Positions 37,677 through 47,664 of a stretch of DNA of 64,000 nucleotides are shown here, one piece after another. The notes under the pieces were generated by a model. That model was not told the origin of the DNA. It made no database searches and saw nothing but the letters and a program-made list of their open reading frames with translations. Positions within the stretch are counted from its first letter, which is position 1. Each line of letters starts with the position of its first letter. Source of the stretch: Dehalococcoidia bacterium (lineage in GTDB: Bacteria > Chloroflexota > Dehalococcoidia > UBA2979); contig OZ219871.1 of assembly GCA_964291495.2 (NCBI GenBank), positions 1,408,001 to 1,472,000 of the forward strand, read 5' to 3'. A program made the translations under genes and the position numbers.

Positions 37677-40088
37677 ATGTCCTCCGAGGGCCCCGATCGA
37701 TCTCTGCCAAACGGCGACGGCGCACCGACCGGTGCACTGACCGGCGTCGTGGTCGTCGACGCGAGCGAGGGCGTGGCGGGCGGCTACGCCGGCCGGCTGC
37801 TCGCGGACCTCGGCGCGGAGGTCGTGAAGGTCGAGCCGCCCTCGGGTGATCGCCTGCGGGCGCTCGGACCGTTCCCCGCCGACAAGCCTGACCCCGAGGC
37901 CGGCGGCCTGCACCTTGCGCTGAACGCCGGCAAGCGCTCGCTGGTGCTGGACCTCGAGTCCCGCGAGGGGCGTGAGCGGCTCCGCGCGCTGGCGGCGCGG
38001 GCCGACATCCTGCTCGAGAGCGCCGGTCCCGGGGTGATGGAGGGCCGGGGGCTCGCCCCGGACCGGCTGCTCGAGGCCAACCCGCAGCTCGTCTACGCCT
38101 CGCACTCTCCGTTCGGGCTGAGTGGCCCCTACGCGGGGCGGGTGACGAGCGAGATCGTGGACTGGGCGATGGGCGGCTACATGTACTTCGGCGGCGACCC
38201 CGGGCAGCGGCCAATCATGGTGCACGGCCACCAGGCGGAGCTGCATGCGGGCATGCAGCTCGCCGCGGGAGCCCTCGCGGCGCTGTGGCACGCGCGGCGC
38301 ACGGGCACCGGGCAGCACCTCGAGGTCTCGACGTTCGAGGCGATGCTGAACGCCCACGTCTGGCTGACGACGATGTGGACGCACGAGGGCCTGATCCAGA
38401 CGCGCGAGCCCTCGCTGCTCACCCCCTGTGCGGACGGGCACGTGATCTGGATGGGGATGCGCAACCTCGATGTCTTCGTCCTGATCGAGCGCCCGGACCT
38501 GATCGACGACCCGCGCTGGACGCCCGAGAACTGGCGAGCATCGGTGCCGGAGTTGCGCGCCCTCTTCGCGGAGTGGGCGGCTGACCGCTCCCGCGCCGAG
38601 ATCTGCGAGAAGGGACAGGCGCTGCGGCTGGCCGTCACGCCCGCCAACACCATCGAGGAACTCGCCCGCGCGGTGCAGCTCCGGGAGCGGGGCTGGTGGC
38701 GAGAGACGGCGCACCCGCAGCTCGGCGCACTGCTACTGCCCGGTCCGCCCTGGCTGATGTCCGGTACGCCCGCCGGCCCGCGCTCCGCCGCGCCGCGGCT
38801 CGACGCCGACGCCGGGTACGAGCCCCCGCCACGCGAGCGCGTGGAGCGCGGGCGAGGCGACCCCGACGCGCTGCCCCTCGAGGGCGTCAGGGTCATCGAG
38901 GTCACGGGCAACTGGTCGGGGCCGCTGGCCGCGCGGCACCTGGGCGACCTCGGGGCGGAGGTGGTCAAGATCGAGCTGGCGCGCCGGCCGGCCACTCGCG
39001 TCAGCCATCCGCCGGGAAACGAGGGCTGGGAGACGTTCTACAACCGCTCCGGCTACTTCAACCTGCTCAACCGCAACAAGCGCGACCTCTGCCTCGACAT
39101 GGGGACCGAGGGCGGCCGCGAGCTGTTCCTGCGACTCGTCGACGACGCCGATGTCGTGCTGGAGAACAACAGCGCGCGCGTCTTCCCCCAGCTCGGCCTC
39201 GGCTACGAGACGCTCGCCGAGCGCAATCCGCGGATCGTGATGTGCTCGATCTCCGGCTACGGCGCGACCGGTCCGGAGCGTGACTACCTCGCCTACGGCT
39301 CGAACATCGAGGCGTCGTGCGGGCTGGCCGCACAGACCGGGTACGGCGACGGAGAGCCGCGCGGCACCGGCTCCTACTACGCAGACCCGATCACCGGGGC
39401 GCACGCCACCGTCGGCATCCTCGCCGCGCTGCACGCGCGCGAGCGCACGGGCCGGGGGCAGCACCTCGACATGGCGCTCCAGGAGTCCGGGGCGGCGTTC
39501 ATGGTCGAGTCGATCATGGACTACCGGCTGAACGGCCGGATCGCGAGCCCTCGGGCGAACCGCTCGCCGCGCATCGCGCCGCAGGGCGCCTACCGCTCGC
39601 TCGGGAGCGACTGCTGGCTCGCGATCGGCGTCGAGAGCGACGAGCAGTGGCGCGCGCTCTGCACGGTGATCGAGCGCCACGAGCTCGCCGATCGCTTCCC
39701 CACGGTCGAAGACCGCCTCGAAGCCCACGACGAGATCGATGCGGCGATCGAGGCCTGGTCCGAGACGCGCAACCACAACCACGCCACCGTGCTGTTGCAG
39801 GAGGCAGGCGTCCCGGCGGGGCCGGTGCTCGCGAACTGGGAGATCATGAGCGACCCGCACCTCTTCGATCGCGGCTACTTCGTCGACGTCGTGCACCCCG
39901 ACGTCGGGCACCAGCGCTGGGAGGGCTTCCCGTGGCGGCTCTCGCGCACTCCGGGGCGCGTCCGCCGCCCCGCGCCGCTGTTCGCCGAGCACAACGACGA
40001 GATCCTCGGCGAGCTGGGGCTGAGCCCCGAGGAGATCGGCCGCCTGCGCGACGACGAGGTGATCGACTACGAGCCGCAGTACGGCTGA
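37677..40088 (+). CDS. Family III (CaiB/BaiF) CoA transferase, two fused domains
   Basis: LADLGAEVVKVEPP..GD..R / NAGKRS and LGDLGAEVVKIE / NRNKR; YYADP in domain 2. Confidence 0.9.
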   Translation: MSSEGPDRSLPNGDGAPTGALTGVVVVDASEGVAGGYAGRLLADLGAEVVKVEPPSGDRLRALGPFPADKPDPEAGGLHLALNAGKRSLVLDLESREGRERLRALAARADILLESAGPGVMEGRGLAPDRLLEANPQLVYASHSPFGLSGPYAGRVTSEIVDWAMGGYMYFGGDPGQRPIMVHGHQAELHAGMQLAAGALAALWHARRTGTGQHLEVSTFEAMLNAHVWLTTMWTHEGLIQTREPSLLTPCADGHVIWMGMRNLDVFVLIERPDLIDDPRWTPENWRASVPELRALFAEWAADRSRAEICEKGQALRLAVTPANTIEELARAVQLRERGWWRETAHPQLGALLLPGPPWLMSGTPAGPRSAAPRLDADAGYEPPPRERVERGRGDPDALPLEGVRVIEVTGNWSGPLAARHLGDLGAEVVKIELARRPATRVSHPPGNEGWETFYNRSGYFNLLNRNKRDLCLDMGTEGGRELFLRLVDDADVVLENNSARVFPQLGLGYETLAERNPRIVMCSISGYGATGPERDYLAYGSNIEASCGLAAQTGYGDGEPRGTGSYYADPITGAHATVGILAALHARERTGRGQHLDMALQESGAAFMVESIMDYRLNGRIASPRANRSPRIAPQGAYRSLGSDCWLAIGVESDEQWRALCTVIERHELADRFPTVEDRLEAHDEIDAAIEAWSETRNHNHATVLLQEAGVPAGPVLANWEIMSDPHLFDRGYFVDVVHPDVGHQRWEGFPWRLSRTPGRVRRPAPLFAEHNDEILGELGLSPEEIGRLRDDEVIDYEPQYG

Positions 40089-40097
40089 GGCGGGCCG

Positions 40098-41159
40098 CTA
40101 CTCCAGCCCGTAGGCCTCCGCCAGCTCCGGATCCTTCGAGGCCAGCAACGCCGCCAGGTCGAGCATGACCAGTGCCTGCTTGTAGGTCGCGTCGTCCTGC
40201 ATCTTGCCGTCCAGCATCACCACGCCGGAGCCGTCGCCCATGTGCTCGACGATGCGGCGCGCGAAGGCGACCTCGTCCGGCGGGGGACTGAAGACGCGCT
40301 TCGCGATCTCGATCTGGCTCGGGTGCAGCGTCCAGGCGCCCACGCAGCCCATCAGGAAGGCCCCGCGGAACTGGTCCTCGCAGGCGAGCGGGTCCGCGAT
40401 GTCGCCGAACGGTCCGTAGTAGGGCAGCGCGCCCGCCTCGACGCAGGCGTCGACCATGCGCGCGAGCGTGTAGTGCCAGAGGTCCTGCTGCGCGGTGGGG
40501 CGGGGCGCTTCGTCGTCATCGGGGACGGGGTCGCTGCGCACGAGGTAGCCGGGGTGGCCGCCTCCGACGCGCGTGGTCTTCATCCGCCGCGAGGCTGCGA
40601 GGTCGGCGGGCCCGAGGCTCATCCCCTGCACTCGCGGGCTCGCCTGCGCGATCTCCTTGACGTGGTTCACCCCTCCCGCGGTCTCGAGGACGGCGTGGAT
40701 AAGGTAGGGCCGGCTCAGCCCGTGCCGCGCCTCCAGCTGCGCGAGCAGCTGGTCGGCCCAGTGGATGTCCCACGGCCCGGTCACCTTGGGCAGCATGATC
40801 ACCTCGAGGCGCTCGCCCAGCGCCGCGGTCAGCTCGATCAGGTCGTCCAGCACCCAGGGGCTGTCGAGGCTGTTGACGCGCGTCCACAGCGCCGTCTCGC
40901 CGAGGTCGCCGCTCTGGCCGACCTCGATCAGCCCGGCGCGCGCCTCCAGCTTCTTGTCGGACGGGATCGCGTCCTCGAGGTTGCCGACCAGCACGTCGAC
41001 CTGCGCGGCCATCGAGGCGACGCGCGCGCGCATACGCTCGTTGGAGGGGTCGAAGAAGTGCAGCATCCGCGTCGGCGTGACGGGGATCTCCTCGGGCGGC
41101 GCAGGTGCGCCGAGGGCCAGCGGCTTGCGCCATTCGCGGGGCGTGCGTGTCGCGCTCAT
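40098..41159 (-). CDS. mcl: Malyl-CoA/beta-methylmalyl-CoA/citramalyl-CoA lyase (Chloroflexus-type)
   Basis: [53 protein letters not shown]. Confidence 0.92.
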   Translation of the reverse strand: MSATRTPREWRKPLALGAPAPPEEIPVTPTRMLHFFDPSNERMRARVASMAAQVDVLVGNLEDAIPSDKKLEARAGLIEVGQSGDLGETALWTRVNSLDSPWVLDDLIELTAALGERLEVIMLPKVTGPWDIHWADQLLAQLEARHGLSRPYLIHAVLETAGGVNHVKEIAQASPRVQGMSLGPADLAASRRMKTTRVGGGHPGYLVRSDPVPDDDEAPRPTAQQDLWHYTLARMVDACVEAGALPYYGPFGDIADPLACEDQFRGAFLMGCVGAWTLHPSQIEIAKRVFSPPPDEVAFARRIVEHMGDGSGVVMLDGKMQDDATYKQALVMLDLAALLASKDPELAEAYGLE

Positions 41160-41274
41160 CGGCAGCTCCCGGTGCTCACGGCTGTCGTTCCGTCCAGGCG
41201 CCGGACCGGCCGGCGCGTGCGCAGCCTAGCCGGGGCGGCGACGCCACGCCAGCGCCCGCCTCGTGGCGGCGAGC

Positions 41275-42198
41275 CTAGCGATCGAGGTTGGCCGCGCGAC
41301 GGGCGGCGCGCCGGTCGGAGCTTTCGAAGAGGCGGCCGAGCGCGAGCGCGGGCAGCAGGATCGCGGCGCCGCCGATCGCCATCAGCAGCCCGTTGCGGAT
41401 CGGCCCGCTGGCGAGCGTGCTCATGATCGAGCGCGCCTCGTTGCCGATCGCGCCGTCGTCGGCGAGGACGCCGAACATGAAGCGGATCAGCACCGCGCCG
41501 ATCAGCACGAGCGCGCCCGCGATCAGGGTCGCGCCCCCGAGGCGGATCAGCCGGCCAAAGCCCACGCCGAGCAGCATCACCGCGGCCGCCAGCACCACGG
41601 CGGCGTAGCCGAGCGGCGTCACGAACGAGCTCCAGCGGTCGTGCTCGCTCGCCCGCAGGCGCGTGATCAACTGGTCCAGCAGTCCCGCGCTCGAGAAGCG
41701 CGAGGGCGGGGTGATCGCGCCGCCGGGGTCGCGGAAGGCGGCGAGGCCCTCCTCGCGGAGGAGCAGCGCGCTGCGCTCGACCAGCGCCTCGCGCAGCAAT
41801 CGAAGGTCGAACGCGCCGTCGTTGCCGGTCGCCTCGGCAGTCGGGACGGAGACGTTGAGGGGGTAGCCGGGCACGTCGATCAGGTCGCCGGCGAGCGCCT
41901 GCTCCTCGAGGTTCTCGGCGTGCACGTCGAGCAGGGCGTCGACGCCGCTGAGCACGATCGCGGCGCGGGTGATGGCGGGCAACGCTGACTCGGGGGTGGT
42001 GGCCTGCGCGAGGCTGAAGGCGGAGAGCCAGGCGGTGAGCACGACGGCGAGCAGCAGGCTGGCGGCGGCGAGGGCGAAGTCGCGGAGGCCGGCGGCGGCG
42101 TTGAACTCGTCGAACGGATCGGGGATCACGTCCCAGGGGCCGCTCCGGCTCACCACCGGCGCCGGCCGCCGCCCAACAGGAGGGTCAATGCGACTCAC
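41275..42198 (-). CDS. Hypothetical membrane protein
   Basis: About 4 hydrophobic segments; GTGA overlap with upstream gene. Confidence 0.7.
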   Translation of the reverse strand: MSRIDPPVGRRPAPVVSRSGPWDVIPDPFDEFNAAAGLRDFALAAASLLLAVVLTAWLSAFSLAQATTPESALPAITRAAIVLSGVDALLDVHAENLEEQALAGDLIDVPGYPLNVSVPTAEATGNDGAFDLRLLREALVERSALLLREEGLAAFRDPGGAITPPSRFSSAGLLDQLITRLRASEHDRWSSFVTPLGYAAVVLAAAVMLLGVGFGRLIRLGGATLIAGALVLIGAVLIRFMFGVLADDGAIGNEARSIMSTLASGPIRNGLLMAIGGAAILLPALALGRLFESSDRRAARRAANLDR

Positions 42199-42737
42199 GA
42201 GTGGCGCACCAGGCGCGTGCGGGCGAGCCAGTCGTGCGGCAGGCGCCCGTGGCGCCACTCGCTCCCGCGCGCCACGCTCACAAGGAGCGCTCCCACCCAG
42301 AGCAGGATGATCACGACGGCGGCGTTCACGATCGCGAGCAGCAGCCAGATGGGCGGCGCGCCCGCGAGCAGCAACGTGATCAGCACCCAGCCCCAGAGCA
42401 GCAGCGAGATCGGGTGCAGCAGCAATCGCAACGCACGCCTCCAGCGCGCTCCCTCGACGGTGAGACCGAGGCGTGCCTGGCCGAACGTCGCGCCGAGGCG
42501 GTAGAGGCGCGTCGCCTGCCAGGCCGTCCATGCGGGCGCAATCGCTCCGATCAGCGTGGCGGCGATCAGCGTATCTCCCGTCCCGGCGTCGTAGCGGCCG
42601 GCCGAGCTGCTGATCAGCAGCCAGACGAACGCGACGGCCGCCCCGCCCAGCAGCAGCAGCAGCAGCGACGCGGCGTCGATCAAGACGGCCAGCAGCCGCA
42701 CGCGGCCTCGAGGCCGCCGGACGCCTTCGCTGCTCAT
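42195..42737 (-). CDS. RDD family membrane protein
   Basis: R.LA..ID, G.TFG...LGL.V, R.PHDWLA.T..V. Confidence 0.8.
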   Translation of the reverse strand: MSSEGVRRPRGRVRLLAVLIDAASLLLLLLGGAAVAFVWLLISSSAGRYDAGTGDTLIAATLIGAIAPAWTAWQATRLYRLGATFGQARLGLTVEGARWRRALRLLLHPISLLLWGWVLITLLLAGAPPIWLLLAIVNAAVVIILLWVGALLVSVARGSEWRHGRLPHDWLARTRLVRHS

Positions 42738-42787
42738 CGGCTCCGACTATACGACGGCGCGCCGCCAACGATTACGCTGGATCCACG

Positions 42788-43978
42788 GTGAGATCGAGTG
42801 CCCGAACGTCGGCGGCCGCCGTGAAGCGGCGAGCGAGGGATGCAGTGCCCTCGCTCGCTGCGTTCGTTGCCGGCCTGCTCGCCGCCGTCCTGCTCTGGAG
42901 CGGGCTGTTCGCCCTTCGCGGCGACACGAACGAGGAGTTCGGCGTCGCCCAGCTCGTGCGCTGGGAGTTCGGCGCCCTCGCGAACAAGTGGCTCTTCGCC
43001 GCGGGTGCGCCGCTGCGCGACGACCCGGCGGCCGACGAGGCGATCGCCGCCTGGTTCGCCCTCGGCGACCGTGGTGGCGAGGAGGGGCGGGAGCTCGAGA
43101 ACGTCGTCGAGTCCGCCATCGAAGGCCGCGTCGACGCCGCGATCCGCGAGCAGGGCCTGAGTTTCCCGCTGCGGCTGCCGGGGCCCCTCGCGGTCTGGCC
43201 GCCGCTGGACATCGAGCTGACCCCCTCGCCGCATGTGCTGGTGATCTCGCCCCGCAGCGAGATTCAGCGCCAGGAGGAGCGCATCCTGCAGTTCGACCTC
43301 AGCCTCGACGAGCTCTACCGCATCGAGCGGGAGGCGGAGGAGCGAGACGGCTCGATCGCGTCGTTCGTGGCGCCGACCGGGGGCATTGCTTTCTATCCGG
43401 CGATCGTGGACGCGCGCAGCTACCGTGGCGCCGTCTCTACCGCCGCCCACGAGTGGGTGCACCACTACCTCATCTTCTATCCGCTCGGCCGCGCCTACTT
43501 CGCGGACGCCGACGCCCGAACGATCAACGAGACGGTCGCCAGCCTCGTCGGCTGGGAGTTGCGCGACGCGGCGCTCGAGCGCTTCGGGGATCCGACGGCG
43601 TCCGCGAGGCCGGCCGCCGCGCCCTCCGCCGCTCGCGCTGAAGGCATCGATCGCAACGAGGTGCTGCGCGAGTTGCGCCTGGAGGTCGACGCGCTGCTCG
43701 CCGAGGGCAGGGTGGAGGAGGCCGAGCGACGCATGGAGGAGGTGCGGCTGCTGCTCGCCGATCACGGCTTCGCGATCCGCCGCATCAACCAGGCGTACTT
43801 CGCGTGGTACGGGACATACGCGGCGCGCGCCGACGCCGTCGATCCGCTCGGCGGCCAGCTGCGCGAGCTGCGGGAGCGAGCAGGGTCGCTCGCCCGCTTC
43901 CTGGAGCTCGTGCGCGGCATCACCACCCGCGCCGAGGTCGAGGCGCTGCTTGTGAGCACGGAGAGCGCGGGCGGCTAG
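42788..43978 (+). CDS. Membrane-anchored HEXXH putative metallopeptidase
   Basis: N-terminal TM helix; AAHEWVHHY...NETVA; RRINQAYFAWYG. Confidence 0.7.
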   Translation: MRSSARTSAAAVKRRARDAVPSLAAFVAGLLAAVLLWSGLFALRGDTNEEFGVAQLVRWEFGALANKWLFAAGAPLRDDPAADEAIAAWFALGDRGGEEGRELENVVESAIEGRVDAAIREQGLSFPLRLPGPLAVWPPLDIELTPSPHVLVISPRSEIQRQEERILQFDLSLDELYRIEREAEERDGSIASFVAPTGGIAFYPAIVDARSYRGAVSTAAHEWVHHYLIFYPLGRAYFADADARTINETVASLVGWELRDAALERFGDPTASARPAAAPSAARAEGIDRNEVLRELRLEVDALLAEGRVEEAERRMEEVRLLLADHGFAIRRINQAYFAWYGTYAARADAVDPLGGQLRELRERAGSLARFLELVRGITTRAEVEALLVSTESAGG

Positions 43979-44016
43979 GCAAGCCTTGCGGCTGGCGCTG
44001 CGAGTGACGGCTCCGA

Positions 44017-47000
44017 TCACGGCGCGCCGTTGTCGACGCGAACGCGCACCGTGGCGACCGCGTCCCCGAACTGCCCGTCGCTGACGGTCAGGCGGATCGT
44101 GTAGAGGCCGTTGTCGTACCCGGTCGTGTCCCAGGAGGCGATCGCGCCGCTGGTTGCCGGCTCCTCCGAGCGGCGGATCTCCGTCCAGCTGTCCGGCTCG
44201 ACGCCGGCGCCCACTTCCAGGCGCAGCTCCTCGAACCGGCCGGAGGAGGCGAAGCCGTCGATCGGCACGTTGCCGCTCAGCACCTGGTCCGTGATCGGCC
44301 GCGTGATGCGCGCGATCGGAGGCGTGTTGCTGTTGGAAGCGGCCTCGCCGTTGGCGATCACCACCGGGACGGCGTAGCGCCACCTGCCCAGCTCCGAGTC
44401 CTCCAGCCGCACGCGCAGCGTGTACGCGCCGTCCGGCAACTGTGTCGTGTCCCAGCGCGCCAGCACGCCGGCGTCGATCGCCTCTGTCGAGGCCGCGAAG
44501 GCGACCCAGGCGGACGGGTTGGTGCCGCGCCCCCACTCCACCACGTAGCGCTCGAGGGTGGGCGAGTCCGCGCGCCCGATCACGGCGACCGATCCGGAGA
44601 GCCGCTTGCCTGCGGTGGGCGAAGAGACCTGCAGGAGATCCGCGCCGGCGGCGCTGTCCAGACGGGGGGCGAGCAGGTGCAGGACGCCGTAGCGCTTGCC
44701 CCACTCCTCGATGTCGTCCCACTCCTCGATCTCTTCCTCGGGCAGCACCAGCAGTACCTCGCGCCGGACGAAGGCGGGCGGGGTGTCCTCAGTCGCGCGC
44801 AGCCCGGTGCGTGAGTCGAGCTGCACCTCCTGCCACCACGTGTCCTGCAGCTCCTCGAAGTCGTAGGTGGCGAGCACGTCGAAGGCGTAGAGGCCGTTGT
44901 AGCGGTGGATCTCGGGGCAGAGCTCGCTGGGTAGCCGCCCCGAGGGCCAGCACAGTTCGCGGGACTCGATGCCCGAGGGCTGGAGGAAGTTCCTGGGCTC
45001 CAGCCCGTAGTAGTCGTGCGCGTACTCCATGAAGTCGCGCCAGGCCTTCCAGGCGATTGTCGTCGAGTAGAGGCGCGCGACCTCCGGGTCGTGGATCATC
45101 GGCGTGTTGTCGGAGTTGCCCGCCCAGATCCCCGCTACGAGGTCCGGGGTGTAGCCGAAGGTCCAGGTCTCGCCGATCTCGTCCGGATCCTCGAAGGGTT
45201 CGCTTGTGCCCGTCTTCTTCCCGGATGGCCGGTCCTCCAGCTCCAGCGCGCCGCAGCTGCTGAAGATGATGCATTGCGTGTCCGGGTCCGAGATGATCGA
45301 GGTCACGAGGTAGGCGTAGTTCTCCTCGACCACGCGCCGTTCGACGGGCGCCTGGAAGTCATAGAGCACGGTGCCCTCGGCATTGGTGACGCGCAGCAGA
45401 GCGACGGGGTCGAGCGTGCGCTCGCCGGCGCCATGCGGCTCCAGCGCATCCTGGCCGCGCATCACGCCGCCGGTGGCGAGCACGCTGTAGGCGTAAGTCA
45501 GATCCTCGAGGGTGATGTCGGCGCCGCCGAGCGTGAGCGCCGGTCCGTAACCGCGCGGCGAGTCGAGGGTCGTCAGCCCCACCCGCCGCATGAGCGTGGT
45601 GGTGTTGCCGACGCCGGCGAACTGGATCGTCTTGAAGGCGGGGATGTTGAGCGAGTTGCCGAGGGCGTTCGCGGCGCTGATCGTGCCGGTATAGAAGTCC
45701 TCCGGACCCGGGTTGGTCGGCTCGAAGAACTCGCCCGTGGCCGGATCGATCACCTTCGTCGGGACGTCGAGGATGCCCGCGCCCGTGCTCCAGCCCCGCA
45801 TGAACGCGGACATGTAGGTAAACGGCTTCAGCGTCGAACCCGGCGAGTTCTCCGCGATCACGTTGTCGTTGCGGCCCTCGATGTCGTCGCGGAAGTAGTC
45901 GCGGCTCCCGACGTAGACGAGGATCTGCCCCGTGTGCGGGTCCAGCGCATAGAAGCTGCCGTTGTGTCCCGTCACTCCGGCGTACAGGATGCTGGCGTCC
46001 TCCAGCACATCGGATTCGTAGTCGGAGATGCGCCGCTCGAGGATGCGCTGCGCCTCATGCTGCAGGCCGAGATCGAGCGTCGTGATCACCTCGAGGCCGT
46101 CCTCGTAGAGGGCGCGCTCACCGAAGCGCAGGGCGATCTCCTTCGCGACGCGCCCGAGCACGAAGTGCGGCGCCTCGATGTCGAAGCGGTTGGCCTTGAA
46201 GACCAGCTGCTCGCGACGCGCGGCGGCGGCCTCGCCGGCGGTGATGAAGCCGTGGCGCACCATCAAGTCCAGCACGACGCGCTGCCGGATGAGCGCGCCG
46301 GACGGATTCTCCAGCGGGTTGTAGAGCGAGGGTGACTGCGGGATGCCGGCCAGCAGCGCGGCCTCCGCCAGCGTCAGCTCGCTCGCCTGCTTGCCGAAGT
46401 AGCCCTCGGCGGCGGCCTGGATGCCGACGTAGATGCCGCCGTAGGAGATCGAGTTGAGGTACCACTCGAGGATCTGGTCCTTCGTGTAGCGCTCGGTCAG
46501 CTCGATCGCGATCGCCGCCTCGCGCAGCTTGCGCTCCACCGTGCGCGCGGCGCGCTGCTCCTTGGGGATGTAGACGTTCTTCGCCAGCTGCTGCGTGATC
46601 GAGGATCCGCCCGTCCCCTGGAGGAAGTCGGTGTCGCCGAAGGGCGTCAGATTCTCGATGCCGGCGCGGGCGAGGCCGCGCACGTTGAGGCCGTTGTTCG
46701 TGTAGAAGCTCGCGTCCTCGGTCGCGATCGTCGCGGCGATCACCCACTCGGAGATCCCGTCGATCGGCACCGGTCGCCGCAGTCCGCCGAACTCGTCGAT
46801 GAACTCGTAGAGCAGCACGCCGTTGCGGTCGTAGATGCGCGCTCCGCCGCGCGGCAACGACGCAAGCAGCTCCTCGGGCGGCGCGACGTAGGCGATGAAC
46901 TCGTCGTACTTCTGCTTGCCGTAGAGCGCGCCCGTGGCCGCGGCCGCGCTGCTCGCGACGAGCAACACGCCGAACAGGCCGACGAGCACCAACACGAGGC

Positions 47001-47085
47001 GGCCGAGGCGTCTGCCGTCGCCGTTCGCCGGCGCCTGCCGCCGCCGCCGTGCGCGCTGTCGCCGCGCGCGCTGGCTGACCGTCAC
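44017..47085 (-). CDS. Class A penicillin-binding protein with two C-terminal Ig-like repeats
   Basis: GT motifs EDASF, GGSSITQQLAKN, RKLRE; TP motifs STLK, SLN, KTG; repeated WDTT..G.YT.R. Confidence 0.92.
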   Translation of the reverse strand: MTVSQRARRQRARRRRQAPANGDGRRLGRLVLVLVGLFGVLLVASSAAAATGALYGKQKYDEFIAYVAPPEELLASLPRGGARIYDRNGVLLYEFIDEFGGLRRPVPIDGISEWVIAATIATEDASFYTNNGLNVRGLARAGIENLTPFGDTDFLQGTGGSSITQQLAKNVYIPKEQRAARTVERKLREAAIAIELTERYTKDQILEWYLNSISYGGIYVGIQAAAEGYFGKQASELTLAEAALLAGIPQSPSLYNPLENPSGALIRQRVVLDLMVRHGFITAGEAAAARREQLVFKANRFDIEAPHFVLGRVAKEIALRFGERALYEDGLEVITTLDLGLQHEAQRILERRISDYESDVLEDASILYAGVTGHNGSFYALDPHTGQILVYVGSRDYFRDDIEGRNDNVIAENSPGSTLKPFTYMSAFMRGWSTGAGILDVPTKVIDPATGEFFEPTNPGPEDFYTGTISAANALGNSLNIPAFKTIQFAGVGNTTTLMRRVGLTTLDSPRGYGPALTLGGADITLEDLTYAYSVLATGGVMRGQDALEPHGAGERTLDPVALLRVTNAEGTVLYDFQAPVERRVVEENYAYLVTSIISDPDTQCIIFSSCGALELEDRPSGKKTGTSEPFEDPDEIGETWTFGYTPDLVAGIWAGNSDNTPMIHDPEVARLYSTTIAWKAWRDFMEYAHDYYGLEPRNFLQPSGIESRELCWPSGRLPSELCPEIHRYNGLYAFDVLATYDFEELQDTWWQEVQLDSRTGLRATEDTPPAFVRREVLLVLPEEEIEEWDDIEEWGKRYGVLHLLAPRLDSAAGADLLQVSSPTAGKRLSGSVAVIGRADSPTLERYVVEWGRGTNPSAWVAFAASTEAIDAGVLARWDTTQLPDGAYTLRVRLEDSELGRWRYAVPVVIANGEAASNSNTPPIARITRPITDQVLSGNVPIDGFASSGRFEELRLEVGAGVEPDSWTEIRRSEEPATSGAIASWDTTGYDNGLYTIRLTVSDGQFGDAVATVRVRVDNGAP

Positions 47086-47364
47086 CGGGAGCCCTCGGGC
47101 CTGCTGTGTCGGATCATGCTGCTCGCAGGTGCGTTCGCGATCGGGTCGCCTCCCGCCCGGCCGCCGAGGCGCGGGCGCGACCTCCCGCCGGCCTCGATCG
47201 TATCCGCTCGGCTCGCCTCGCCGCCACCGAGGCCGCCGCCCGTATGGTGCGAGCCGCCCGACCGCACATATAGTGCGTACTCATTGGGCAAACAGCGGGC
47301 GACACGGCCCGCGAGGCGCAACCGCGCTACTCATCCAGACGTCAGACGGCGCCCGGAGGTTCCC

Positions 47365-47664
47365 GTGGATCTGAGCAGCGACGAGGTCCGGCACATCGCA
47401 CGGCTCGCCCGCATCGCGCTCACGGACGGGGAGACGGAGCGCCTCCGCGGCGAGCTGTCGAGCATCCTCGGCCACTGCCAGGCGCTGAGCGCGATCGATA
47501 CCTCCGGCGTGGCGCCGACGGCGCAGTCCTTCTCCCTCGTCAACGTCGAGCGCCCGGACGAGCCCCGGCCCTCCGAGCCGGTGGCCGAGGTGCTCGCCAA
47601 CTCCCCGGCCCGCGAGGGCGACTACATCCGCGTCCGCGCGGTGCTCGACCAGCCCGATGGCTGA
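47365..47664 (+). CDS. gatC: Asp/Glu-tRNA amidotransferase subunit C
   Basis: EVRHIARLARI, IDTSGVAPT, VRAVL; upstream of gatA. Confidence 0.92.
   Translation: MDLSSDEVRHIARLARIALTDGETERLRGELSSILGHCQALSAIDTSGVAPTAQSFSLVNVERPDEPRPSEPVAEVLANSPAREGDYIRVRAVLDQPDG

Noticed and set aside
29404-41159. Autotrophy via the 3-hydroxypropionate bicycle or reverse TCA cycle
   Set aside because: Key enzymes (malonyl-CoA reductase, propionyl-CoA synthase, citryl-CoA lyase) are not in the window; Mch and Mcl alone are not diagnostic.
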